From Ruditapes philippinarum (taxonomy: Eukaryota): DNA of 64,000 nt. Made by a program: the position numbers and the translations under genes. The notes under the pieces were generated by a model, which worked only from the letters and a program-made list of their open reading frames with translations, did not search any database and was not told the origin of the DNA. The stretch lies in assembly GCF_026571515.1 (NCBI RefSeq), contig NW_026867118.1:124001-188000 (forward strand). Direction: 5' to 3'. The first letter of the stretch is position 1, and every line of letters begins with the position of its first letter. This document shows, in pieces, positions 12,901 through 24,700 of the stretch.

Positions 12901-15900
12901 GATGTATCACCGCATGTAATGCTGTATCTAATGTGTAGATTTTTCCATTTACATTGGCACCCGCACCCAGTAAAAGCTTCATACATTCTAAACTCCCGTT
13001 AACTGATGCTGGAATGTAATTAGCATTATCAATTTCCTTAAATCCTTTCATACAAGGTTACTTATTAAACCATTATATCATAATATACTGTGAATTCACT
13101 AAATTTCGTTAACATGAAATTTTGTGATTTTGTCACAAAGAACATTTTCGTGGGTTATAAAATTTGTGAACTGTTTATTTTTCCAAAAGGTAAAATGTAA
13201 ATTATGTCATGCAAAATATATTTTCAGCAGATGAAATAAAATATTGTTGGATCTTGAACTTTTTTAATTCACGAAAATCGCGAAAATTAATTCCCCACAA
13301 ATGATAATGATTTTGCAGTATCTTTATTTTCCTGCATCAATCAATAGTATGGGGACTTTGTTTTACCTACCTTCCCATAGTGGAGAATACTCCTCATTTG
13401 TAGTGCTGTTAGGGTCTGCACCAGACTTGAGTAGACAAGATACACAATCAGAATGACCTTTCTTACATGCTAACATCAAGGCTGTTTGTTCCTCAAATGT
13501 TCTACTGTCAACATCTACATCTGAACAATGATAATAATAATAACAATAATAATTAAATAACAATAATTATAATAACAAGAGGGCCGTGATGGCCCTGAAA
13601 TCGCTCACCTGTGTATAGGATCTTGGGGCGGGCTAATTTTAACCAAGGGGCTTTTTCTTAACCAACTTGGTAGGCACCCATTAGAAGATGTTTCATGATA
13701 AATATCTAAGCTCAAGCTCTTGGGGTTTTTAAAAGAAGATTTTTTTAGTTTTTACTACAGACATATAAGGAAAATCAGACACCCGGGCAGGGCAAATTTA
13801 ACCCTGGGGCTTTTATTTGAACAAATTTGGTAGACACTCAATAGAAGATGTTTCATCTGAAATATCTAAGCTCTAGCTCTATGGGTTTTTTAAAAGAAGA
13901 TATTTAAAGTTCTTTTCTTTCGGTTGCCATGGCAACCAGAGTTCTGCATGGAATTAAATTCTTTGAACAATTTTTAAAAGTGACCACCAAAGGAACATTC
14001 TTGTGAAGTTTGGATGAAATTGGTTTAGCGGTTTATGACGAGATGTCATTTAAAGTCAAAGTTTACGGACAGACGCCGGACGAAAGGTGATCACAAAGGC
14101 TCACCATGTCACTTTGTGACAGGTGAGCTAATAATAATGATGATAATAATAATATTAATGATCAACATTATTTTTTGTCCAATCACATTGTAGTATTTTT
14201 CAAATTTCTGCTTTGTCTAACTTTGGTTAATGTGTACTAACTAAATAAAATTCACTTAATCTGTCGTCTAACCGCAGTCTAACAAATTTCAATAATGCAT
14301 TATATCAGGGAGGAGTTAGAGGTATGGTTTGCACTCTGATTTGTAAAATGTCAAGGTTAGCAAAACAATGCCAACATAAAAAAAAAATAGTCGAGGTCAG
14401 GTGTTTTCTAAATGTGAGGATACAATGAACTGATTTATTACATAGATAATACATGTTGGGTACACAGAGACAAATGATTGCATATTAACTTTTTTAAATC
14501 CTTTGAACTCTAAGAAAAATGACTATTATAAATTGCTGACTGTTTTAAACTTTATATTTTATAGAAAAAGTAACCAAAACATTATTTTCTTTCACTTGAT
14601 AGGAATAAACTGCATTAACAATCATTGATATCAAGAATACAATGATTACATTTTTTGGCTGGAAAACTCATTGAAAATGGACCCCCTTCACACAGAAAAA
14701 AAATGAACTGTTTTTCAAATGAGCAAATCAATAGGGATTTTAAATGTTAGTGAATAACTTGAAGCTAATAACGAATTTGTATCAATGAATAATCTCTAAT
14801 GTATTTTTTTCTCACATTTTCCATTTATTTTAAAAGGATGTACACATTTCATTAACTCCATTGTTTTTACCTAATTGCATCGTTTTTCGCTGTTTTTTCC
14901 AGACATATTATAAACATGATAGTCTTACTGTAGATAAAGGTATAAATTCTGTGACATTTCAGTAAAAAAATGTGCCTGGGCCATTTAATTAGCTTATCTA
15001 AATGTGACATGTAAGCAACTTAACAAGGTGTAGACATGTTGTAGAGCGAAAGGGCGGAGCTATAGGTGATTTAGAGAAATGCCTTGTTGTTAGTTGAAAA
15101 AAATAATGTTGATCATTAAATAGGTTAATGTTTAATAATATGCATTAACAAAAATAATTGGTCGCCTGCCTGCGGCAGGCTTGACCAATTATTTTTGTTA
15201 ATGCATATTATTAAACACTAACCTATACATAATTATAACAAATAATAATATTTACAACAACAACAATAGCAACTGTCCACATCAATCTACACATCAACAA
15301 TGATAATAATAACCAGGGCTACAGATAACATTTTGTGTATATTGGGTAATTACCCCTTATTTTGTGATCTATTGGGTTTTTTCTATTTTCTTTGAGTTCT
15401 TTCTGTCTTTTTTACCCTACCCCCTTTAACCAATTTGGGTTATAAAGTACAAGTTCATGCATTTTACCCAAAATTTTTGACCTTCATTGTAGACATTTGT
15501 AGGTTTTGTACGGTTATAAAAAAGCTACTTTCTACTTTGCTTTATGGTTTATTGGCCTAGGAGATTTCCAAGTTGCCTTATATAATTTAAAGGTTAAAAC
15601 AGTTTGAAACAGTATGATCTGCCTGATGTACGCGTTAAGTAATAATTTTCGTCATTACGCACCAGTTCAAATGTAGTTTGTATAAATAAGAATTCATTTA
15701 CTTTTTCTTACCCTTAGTTATTATTTCTATTGGGTTTTAAGACATTTTAATTGGGTAATAACGCAAATACGCATGTTATCTGCAGCCCTGAATAACATAA
15801 TTAATAAATAATTATTAATTACAACAACAACATAAATAAATAATAGCAGCAGCAGTAACAACAACAACATTAAGCCCTACAATGTGCACATTTTTCACAA

Positions 15901-16943
15901 GTATTTAAATATTGGTACAACAGTAGAAATATATACTATCATTTAGATATTGATATAAAGTATTTCTTGAAAAAAAAAGCAACAAAAGTTGATAAAAGCA
16001 TACTTTATTTCATTCCCTGGTTGATTCCGATATTCAATAAAAATGAAATTAAAACAGAACATATTAATACGAACAGAATTATTTAATTCAAACTCACCAC
16101 ATTTGAGGATTTCCTTGAGACATGCAATGTTACCATGGAATGCAGCTTCATGCACTGGTTGCCAACCTCGATTGTCTTTAACATCAACTGCTTTACCTGT
16201 AAAATAATATTTTTCTAATCTGTTTGTTTTTCTGTTTTTACAACCATTTTAACACATCTTTAGTCAGATTTGCACATGTTCCGTAAGCTAGATTTAATTA
16301 TTGTCTGAGAATCTGTAATGCACTTGTACTAAATAACTTTTCTGAGCCAACATTAAAAGCACATTATGCCCTAAAATATTATAATACATATTTTTTAATT
16401 CTTTAGAAGTGGATTTAGAGAATGTTACATGTTAAACAATCAATAAAAGTAATGCTGAATGTGCAGTATTGTAATGTAAAAGTAGCAAAATGTAAACATA
16501 GTAGTATTTCGACTTCCACACAAAATTCTAATTCAATATGAATATACTAAATGCTAACAAAGCAAAATAATCAAAGATAGTTAATCTATAAGGCAAATGA
16601 GTTTTATTTTGGAAACTGTAACAAAATACCAAAAAAAGTTTTTTATAAAAGAAAAATGCTAGTATTTCTGAGGTATAATGGGCCTTTAAAGCCCCTACAG
16701 TCTCATCTGACATCATACAACTGACGACAAATCAAGCATTTTTGATATTGAAATTTTCTTGCGCAGAATTTCCTGACGAATTTGTGACCTGACTCAAAAA
16801 TTATAGCCAATGAGAGGCCCAGCAAGAAATGCATGTAAGAATGTACCTGATCTAATTAATCTTTTCAATAATTTATTATCTCCTGACAAAGCTGCTGCTG
16901 CTACAGAGGAACTTGTATCTGGATATGCCTCTTGAAAATTCAT
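6960..16943 (-). CDS. ASB3: Ankyrin repeat and SOCS box protein, ASB3-like (8 coding exons, 576 aa)
   Basis: Exons 16943-16847, 16196-16098, 13520-13371, 13008-12739, 11606-11399, 10562-10047, 9457-9300, 7192-6960. All GT-AG; total 1731 nt, in frame. N-terminus MNFQEAYPDTSSSVAAAA...G.AVDVKDNRGWQPVHEAA resembles ASB3. Multiple ankyrin repeats (TALMLAC, SPLWEA, TALHAV, TPLYLA) and a C-terminal SOCS box (VHSLQSQCRKII...LHAPKLILNYLLF). Confidence 0.85.
7730..8747 (-). mobile_element. HINE-like element of the same family as 832-2263, in opposite orientation
   Basis: 7730-7860 is the reverse complement of ~2135-2263. A CCGC microsatellite lies at 8653-8697 and GAAAACCTGGTT at 8731. Confidence 0.75.
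8199..8638. repeat. 146-bp tandem repeat, three nearly identical copies
   Basis: Units start at 8199, 8345 and 8491 (ACAGGATTTTCAATGTTAATGTCACTGTGACC...). Confidence 0.95.
9595..9925. repeat. ~30-bp minisatellite
   Basis: About 10 copies of AAATTCATTGTGAAATCATAGAGAGGTTATT-like units in an ASB3 intron. Confidence 0.85.
13088..13318. mobile_element. Tc1/mariner-type MITE
   Basis: TA|CTGTGAATTCACTAAATTTCG ... ATAATGATTTTGCAG|TA: degenerate TIRs with TA flanks. Confidence 0.55.
13574..14131 (-). mobile_element. HINE-like element inserted in an (AAT)n tract
   Basis: AACAAG-AGGGCCGTGATGGCCCT hairpin and subterminal GCTCACCTG at one end, CAGGTGAGCTAA at the other, a GACG/GACA microsatellite, and a duplicated internal unit. 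Confidence 0.8.
14155..15225. mobile_element. Non-autonomous DNA element with 22-bp inverted repeats and a 105-bp terminal hairpin
   Basis: TTAATGATCAACATTATTTTTT (14155) / AAAAAATAATGTTGATCATTAA (to 15119), followed directly by a palindrome at 15121-15225 centred on GCCTGCC-TGC-GGCAGGC. Confidence 0.65.
15314..15790. mobile_element. MITE with CAGGGC termini and a 6-bp TSD (hAT-like)
   Basis: TIRs CAGGGCTACAGATAACA / TGTTATCTGCAGCCCTG, flanked by AATAAC on both sides. Confidence 0.75.
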
Positions 16944-17002
16944 TTTGATTAAATTCCTGAAGACTAAATAAGACATTCAAATTCAGAATAAAGATATAAA
17001 AT

Positions 17003-17301
17003 CACAGACACTTGGGGTTTGGAGCTCAAAACGCCTTTAAAATCCAAATAAAATGCATATATGTCAATCCCAGCACATGTACTGATCATATATATCAAAA
17101 AAACTTAATATAAGCCGTTTTGAAAAAATTTCATATTTCAACATCTATAATTATTATAGATGTTGAAATATGAAATTTTTTCAAAACGGCTTATATTAAG
17201 TTTTTTTGATATATATGATCAGTACATGTGCTGGGATTGACAAATATGCATTTTATTTGGATTTTAAAGGCGTTTTGAGCTCCAAACCCCAAGTGTCTGT
17301 G
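17003..17301. repeat. 299-bp near-perfect palindrome (~149-bp arms, essentially no spacer)
   Basis: CACAGACACTTGGGG...CATCTATAA-TTA-TTATAGATG...CCCCAAGTGTCTGTG. I found a single mismatch between the arms. Confidence 0.95.
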
Positions 17302-18235
17302 TATAAAATAGTCATTCTTGATTAAATTATTTCAATTGCAGAAATTCATTGAAATCTATGAAATTCTTAGTGAATATGTCTAATTTAAATAAAAGAATGA
17401 GTAAACTATGTATAGGGTTTGGGAATGTGCATTCCTATTGCAGGTCAAGAAAAGTTGGTCTTTTCTTTAAAAAAACTGCCAGTTTTTTTAATGACACTTT
17501 ATATTCTTATCGTGACCACTTTAAGTGTGTAGAAGTTTAACCATAACATAATTATCTACTTTGTGTGAAGCCAAAACATGTTTTATTTTATATTTACAAA
17601 GAGAACTTGGAGCAATTATCAAAATTTTCTAATATCAAATTTGAGAATAGTATATTTATTTTAAGTTAGTGTTTGGTAATGGCCAGGTAGAAAGAAATTG
17701 AAATTTATATAATAGTGAGATGAAAAATCACTTCTCAAGGTAGACTGGGTTACTAAGCTTAATAACGTTTGTTGCATGATAGGACTATTAGGTTCTTAAC
17801 ATCTATTGTGTACGGGAAGACAAGAAACAGCAGGAATGTGAATAAAACTTATACCCTGGGACCCTGGTAACAGCTATAGTATTTCATGGAAAATAGATGA
17901 TATTTGTATATGTCTAAAGCTGTGAGTTAAGATTTAAACTACCCTTTATTCTGACTGGCTTCATTATTCATAAGGTGGATAAGTTATTTGTTTCCAGTAT
18001 GTAATACATATTTTTACTGACAACTCTAATAGTCGTATCTGCAATGCTAATGTATAAGTGCCGACAAATATTGTCTTGCCAAAGACATATTGTCTAAAGG
18101 GCTAGCTATCTAGCCCTTCATTCTATCTTTCTCTTTACAGTTTTGCCACATTATGTTTTGTTATTTGAGTCAAAATCTAATAGAAATTTCACTATAACTC
18201 TTTTAACCGAAATGATAAATGTAAACAGCTGATTA

Positions 18236-18857
18236 CTAGAGTGGGTGGACCAACGCTCGGCGTAAAAATACTATATTTGATATGGCGAATTCAAATCAAC
18301 GTCAACAAACCTCAATGTTATATGTCCATTTTCAAGACCGATGATATTGTTTTAAATAGCCATTGTGTAAAATTCGCTAATCACATAATGATGTGCATGG
18401 CTGGAACTATAGATAGTCCGGATAAACAAGAGTGGTTTGCGTGAAATTGTACCATAGCTCGGCGTACAATACTACATGATGCAGAATTGTTTTTCGAATA
18501 AAATCTCTTTTTTATCTTATGAAGAAAACACATTGAATAAATTGTAACAACCAAATTAGGTTCATACATTTACAAGTACCCAACCTTTAATTTAAATTTT
18601 ACAGCGCCAGAACTCTAGTGTTAAAAGATTTTAATAATTTATATGTTGCGGATTACGTACGGTTGTTTGTCTGCTATTAGCATTGTCACATGACTTTACC
18701 AGCAGTGAACCACACCAGGATAAAATGGTGAAAGATGTAAATAAAAGCACCAGTGACCTAAATCGGCGATAACTCGAGACATTTTCAGATATTCTAAAAA
18801 AAAGATTTTTTTACGCCGAGCATTGGTATGCGCCGAGCATTGGTCCAACCACTCTAG
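18236..18857. mobile_element. MITE with ~30-bp TIRs
   Basis: CTAGAGTGGGTGGACCAACGCTCGGCG ... CGCCGAGCATTGGTCCAACCACTCTAG. The CGCCGAGCATTGGT motif is duplicated at the right end. Confidence 0.75.
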
Positions 18858-19353
18858 TGTACCGGTTTTGACAACAAAGGTGACATGAACTAGTGACTGC
18901 TAATACCACAGCATGCACAGTGGGACAACACAATGCTAGGATGGAAATTTTTTATCTGTCAGTCTTTTAAATTTTCACTTCCAGTTAGATGATATAATAA
19001 ATTATTTCTTTTTTTTTGCTATTTTCAAACCAATACAATGGCTTTCTGTAGTTCTGGCTTCCATAACTTTATATGTCGCTTTTATTTTGATTTTGAGTGA
19101 CAGTAAGTATACTGTAGCAGTACTATAAAACCTATTTGCTGAAGTCTCTTTAGCTACTGTAGCTTTCTGAAGGGGGAAATATAGCATGATTGATCAGAAA
19201 TGGGGGAAAACTTGTAATCAAATTTAACGTGCATGATTTGTCTATCTGATCTCTAGGGACAGCTTTCTGTTTCAGAGTAACTGTAAAACACTGTAAACAG
19301 GTAAAGATTCGAAAAGTTAAAAAAGAACAAAAAAAACAACAGGTCATTCTTAC

Positions 19354-19954
19354 CCTTGCTTGCTCTAATAACAAACTGTCAATTTCTGACTTTACCCATT
19401 TACATTCGTAGAAGTGTTTGGTTGTGTCAAACAGTTTGAACAGTTTATTGAATAACATTTGTAAAATTAATGGCGTCGCAAAATATAAGGGGCGTAAATG
19501 TGTAAGTGACATGCTCAATCAATCTCCCACGGTTGCTAAGGGAAGTAATCACTGTGACATACTCAACAGCGATTACGTCCCTTTCAACGTATTTCCATAT
19601 GCATGACTGAAAAAAAGTTTTTATATTATTCTATTAAATCTACATAGGTTTTGGTAGAGCTATTAATTTATTTCATATTCTAAGATTTTTGGTACAGACA
19701 ATTCGCGCTTAAATAGAAATTCTATAATTAAAATGTAAATGATACATTTTCATTCAATCACATGATTTTCCCGTGCTCTGCTTGGCTTTTCTACTTTTAT
19801 TTTGTAACCACGACCCTACCCCTTTGGAAAGTCTAGGTTTAACCTTGAGCTGTAATTTAACCTTGAAAGTCCAAAGTGCCCATACTTCCGAGTCATTGCG
19901 GTGGTTTTAGCGCCAAAATGGTCGGAACATGACCACACGTACCGAGCTTCTGAG
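19354..19954. promoter_or_regulatory. Probable bidirectional promoter: ASB3 first non-coding exon (-) and an unidentified + strand exon
   Basis: Locally CpG-richer. Minus-strand donor (GTAAGA) at ~19353, X-box-like GTTGCTAAGGGAAG at 19532, ETS-like ACTTCCG at 19884, YY1-like AAAATGGTCG at ~19915, strong + donor GAG|GTAAGA at 19954/19955. Confidence 0.45.
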
Positions 19955-21761
19955 GTAAGAAAATAAAATGCTACTGTTTTCTCTATAGTTTTAACTGTTA
20001 CCGTGGATCTAATTTGACCTGCGAGTTTTGACTGAAATATAGAAAAGAAACAGAAAAAACTTTCAAATAGAAAACCCCCTGTTTCAGAACAATTTAGTTT
20101 GGAAAAAAATCACACTTTGTCGTAGCTAGGTTAAATTGTGATTTTGTTGTAAATGTTGTGACATTAATATTACACCTGGAGATAAACTTTACAGGAATGT
20201 TGTACAGCATGTGTAGTTTTACACCTGGGGGTTTGCTTGTGTATTAATTCAGCATTTGCTCTTGACTCAGTAAAATTGTTATGCACATATTGGGGGGGGG
20301 GGGGGGTCTTGTGGATTTATTTAGTATTTGTAGAGTTATTGCCCTTGAATGAGCATTGCAAAATTTCAAAAGTATTTGACCTAGAGTTTTGAAACTTTAC
20401 ATGAATGTTGCTCAGTGCACTTGGGTTTGGCTTGTTTTTATTTTCTTTTAACATAAAATTGAGATTTAGAATTCCTGCAGCTCTATCTTTGGAGAAATCA
20501 AAATGTCAACATTGGAAAAATTATGTCATTTTCTATGCCCCAACCACTAATGGGTAGGGAGAGTAATGTAAAATTTCCTCTGTCTGTCTGTCATACTTTT
20601 TTGCTGTATGTCAAAAGAATGACAAAGCAGTGAAAATGTGGGGGCATCCATGTCCTATATATGGACACATTTCAAGTTTTTTTTTATATTTTTACTAGCA
20701 CTTAAAAATATTATGAAGACCATTGTGAATATCATAATCTGGCACAAGATTAATGGTTTCGAATTCTTGACTTGAGTAACTCTGCAGTGAGATACATTCC
20801 ATATCCACTAAAACCAACACAATTATTTTCTATACTGTATACATGATTCCTGAACACATTCATCAAAACTAGTTCAGCATTTATCCTGGTGACAGATTGA
20901 AAGTCAACATCTTAAGGTATTTACATGTAGCAAAACATCAGATTGGTCTGAATACATTTAATGGCTGTTAAATTATTGCTGAAAGGTTTTTAAAGAAGCT
21001 CCACTGAGGTCAAAAAGCCTAAAAACATAAAATTTTGAAATTATCACATAGATTGAATGAAACACTGAAAAATGGAATAATTAACTCAGGATAAGATCGA
21101 ATATCGAATTTTGTGCCATTCTAAGCCTGAATTGAGTGACAAGTGTTGTAACCCTTTTCATTTTTGGGTCATTTTTCACAATAAAAAATGATTATTATGA
21201 AAAATATAAAGAAGGAATGATCTGAAAATTTGGCCACAAGTTATGAGTCAAGACCTATGGTACAGATATCTGGGAAGTCCTGTCAAGTCAAAAATCCTCA
21301 GTTGAGTCCCTTTAATACAAGTATCAAAGAAAAATTAAACAACAACACTATATATGTAACATTTTATTTTTTTTTTGTAAAAAAAGAATCATGCAAAATG
21401 GAATTCAATAAAGATTTGAATGATAATAGATAAAGAGCAGTTCATATGTAACAAATTCACAACACATTTAGCTGGGACACAAGAAAAGTACTGTTATAAT
21501 GAGCAACTTGTCCAGAATTCCTACTTGTCAGATTTGACCTATATTTGGTAGCCTTTGCAATGAAACGCATATTTCACAATGGTGCATTGCTGATTAAAAC
21601 CACTATTACATGTATCATCAAAAATGTAATACTGTTATCGTATTCCTTTCGTTAGATATATATTTAATATATAAAACATCTAAGATATATAATAAATATT
21701 TTATTTTATTATCCGTCAGTTTTAAAAGAATGTGATAAATTAATTAAATATTGTTTTTTTT

Positions 21762-24700
21762 TTATGATTCTGCCGGAGTCTCTTCTTGATTTCCAGAATC
21801 GGCTGGTTCCTGTTTCTGCTCGGCAGGTGCTTCCTCTTCCTGGTTCCCTGCACCATCTTCATTTTCGGCTGTTTTCTCAGCCTGAACTGGAGATGGTGGT
21901 TTTTCTGCCTGTTCTTGTGTCTCAGTTTGTTCAGGTGTTTTTGCTACTTCTGAAATAATGAAACATATTTTAAATACAAGTTGTATTCACAATTCTTTTT
22001 TCTTCATTGCAGGTTATATGAATAAAAATCAAATTTTATGCATATTTTTTTTCAAGACTGTATTTGGTAATTTTATAAGTTTGCAGTAATTTTCACTGAA
22101 ATTTGAGAAAATTTTCAAATTGTATCCACAGTGTGAAAAGAGATATATCATTGTGGGGAAATAGATATCAATTTTGAGTGCATTGTTGTAACATTATGCA
22201 CAATTCGAGTTCAAACGCGGAGAAATACAATCACCAAGGCCCATTTCTTGACAAAATTCAGTTATGACTTTTGTGATTCTGAACTTATTAGACTCAGAAA
22301 TATCTAAGTTAACTTAGTACTTATGTGAAATATATATATTACATAAGCATTATATGTAAAATTAATAAAAAAATCAGCATTTCCAGATCAATTCTAGAAG
22401 ACATATTATTATAACTTTTCTAATGAATAAAGTAAACATTATGAAATTTATAAATACTATATAAAATATTAATATATGTGTATAAAAAATAATATTAAAA
22501 AAAACCCAAGAAGAGCCTCATCCCAAACACCCCACAAATTTATCATAAAGTCTAAAAACAAATTGAAAAATAGAAATTTTTTACAGAATAATGTTTTATC
22601 TATATGTATGAAATATATGTATGTGGTAGGTAAGGATTTTTTTTGATTTTTGTGCATTCATACATGTATATGGTATAACTGAATATGAAAGTCAATAAAA
22701 CAATGGGAAATTTGATAAATTTAACAGAAGAAAACAAACAATGCTCATGCAAATTACATAACCTGAAAACATACAAAAATTGGGACAGTAGCCAGCTAAA
22801 TCAATCAACTCAAACATTAGCAACTAAGTAGATATGCTTCCAACATCCTTAATCTTTAACACACCTAGAAACAGACTTGGCCTTTCTACCTCACAACAAC
22901 ACCTTTATACTTGTACTTTTCAGTATAATTAGGGTATATACATAACTTGTTTATGAATTTATACTTTCACTTAACATTTCACAATTTAAAAATGTTTAAT
23001 TAAATGTAAATACTTAAATTGAAGTCCTTTGTTTTCTTAGAGCCAATTTATTTATTTTGTTTCCCCCAGTTTGCAGTTTCAAAGGCTGAAGGATTTTATT
23101 TTTATAAATATTAAATGTGTTTGTCAAATGGCCTACTCTCAATGACAAAACTCAGAAATTGATTTCTTTGGGATCTTACTTAGCAATAAAAGGGACATAA
23201 GTCTCACATAATTATGTCAAAGTACACAATAGTTACATACTCTTGCCTTACAATGGGTGAAAAAGTCACCCATAAGTATTACTAGTATAAAATAATATCT
23301 TAGTTTTGTGAAAAAGTGTTGCAGTACCAACAGTAATAGAGAAAGTTTAAGTTGACAAAGGGGCATAATTTTGTCAAAACTCATGATACAGTATTATGTA
23401 CCTTGCAAATATGTGGAGGTGATGGTTTAAACAAGTATTCAATGTTTCAAAGCTGCCAGGTTTCAGGAAAAAAGTGGAGTTGGAAAAAATGAAAACAATA
23501 AAAAGTGGCACTGATGCCAAAGCCTTAGTGAATAAGTATACATAATTTTTATCTTTTAATTAATAATTTAAAAAGCCCATTCATTTCATTATAGAGTGCA
23601 ATTATTTAACTGAAATGATTAAATCCACTGCCTCAATTTTATTAATTACTAAACATCTTTTTTCGTTTTGTGTTAACTTCTTAATTTTCCTCTCAGCCAT
23701 GTTAAAAGTTTACCTTCTATACAAGTAAGAATATCATTATATTAATGAAGTAAGGAGGAAATTTGTTCCTGATATATATATATATTGAGTTCCCACCTGA
23801 ATTTCTATGAAATCAACCTTTAACTAAGCAGAAAAAATTGCATATTTTATACCCTGTTTCTTTTAAGGCCTCAATTATAAATGCAAAGTAGAATCCTCCT
23901 TAATTTTTTAGGCACTTTTGGTCAGAAGTATGAGCATATTTTTTTTTCTTGTATGTGATTCTCTCAATTAACACTATAGTAAAAGCTTTTGACAAAAGAC
24001 ATTCAAAGATATAAATTTGTTGGTATTTATCATAAAATAACTAATACTTGATCCCTTGAAATGAATTTTGAAAAATTGTGCATTCAATTAGCAGACAAAA
24101 AAGGATGGGTAAATATCACTGTACCAATTTGATCAACACAAACTCCACCTAAAGCACAATAACAGTGCTCTAGCGAGCTCAAAAATAAAACAATGAATAC
24201 ATAACAAAAATAATATATAAATTTAGATATATGTGTGTGTTTGTTGTTTACCTGTTGTCTAACTACTGTTCTGAGTCCTCTGTTAAAACAACAACAACAA
24301 GGATAGAGAAAATCAGAATTATATAGAGAACAATATGTTGTTAAGAAAGATAACTCTTTAAGTACTCTTCCTTTGGGGAATTATTAGTATGCAGTGTTAT
24401 TTCCCCTCCTTTAGATGAATCCTGTAAAATTTAATGAACCCATAACAGACCCATTCCAAAGCAATTGAATTTTTTTTTACCAAAAGTTTGCCAATGCTTA
24501 TTCAAAATCTGGCTTTTGTTGAAAGTCATTTTTCTCCAAAATATGCATAATTCCATACATCAAAAATTACCCTTTTTTGGTGGACTGCTTCCTAATGGGT
24601 GGGAAAAACACTGTTTAGACTTATACTACATCAAGTTAAGAACCAATCAGTGTTATTTTTTAGGAGTTCTAATATCAAAATACTTAGAATTATTATAACA

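Noticed and set aside
19955-21420. snoRNA, U7 or telomerase RNA hosted by the orphan + strand transcript
   Set aside because: I found no properly spaced C/D or H/ACA boxes, Sm site or CTAACCCTAA template by eye. An Infernal/Rfam scan would settle it.
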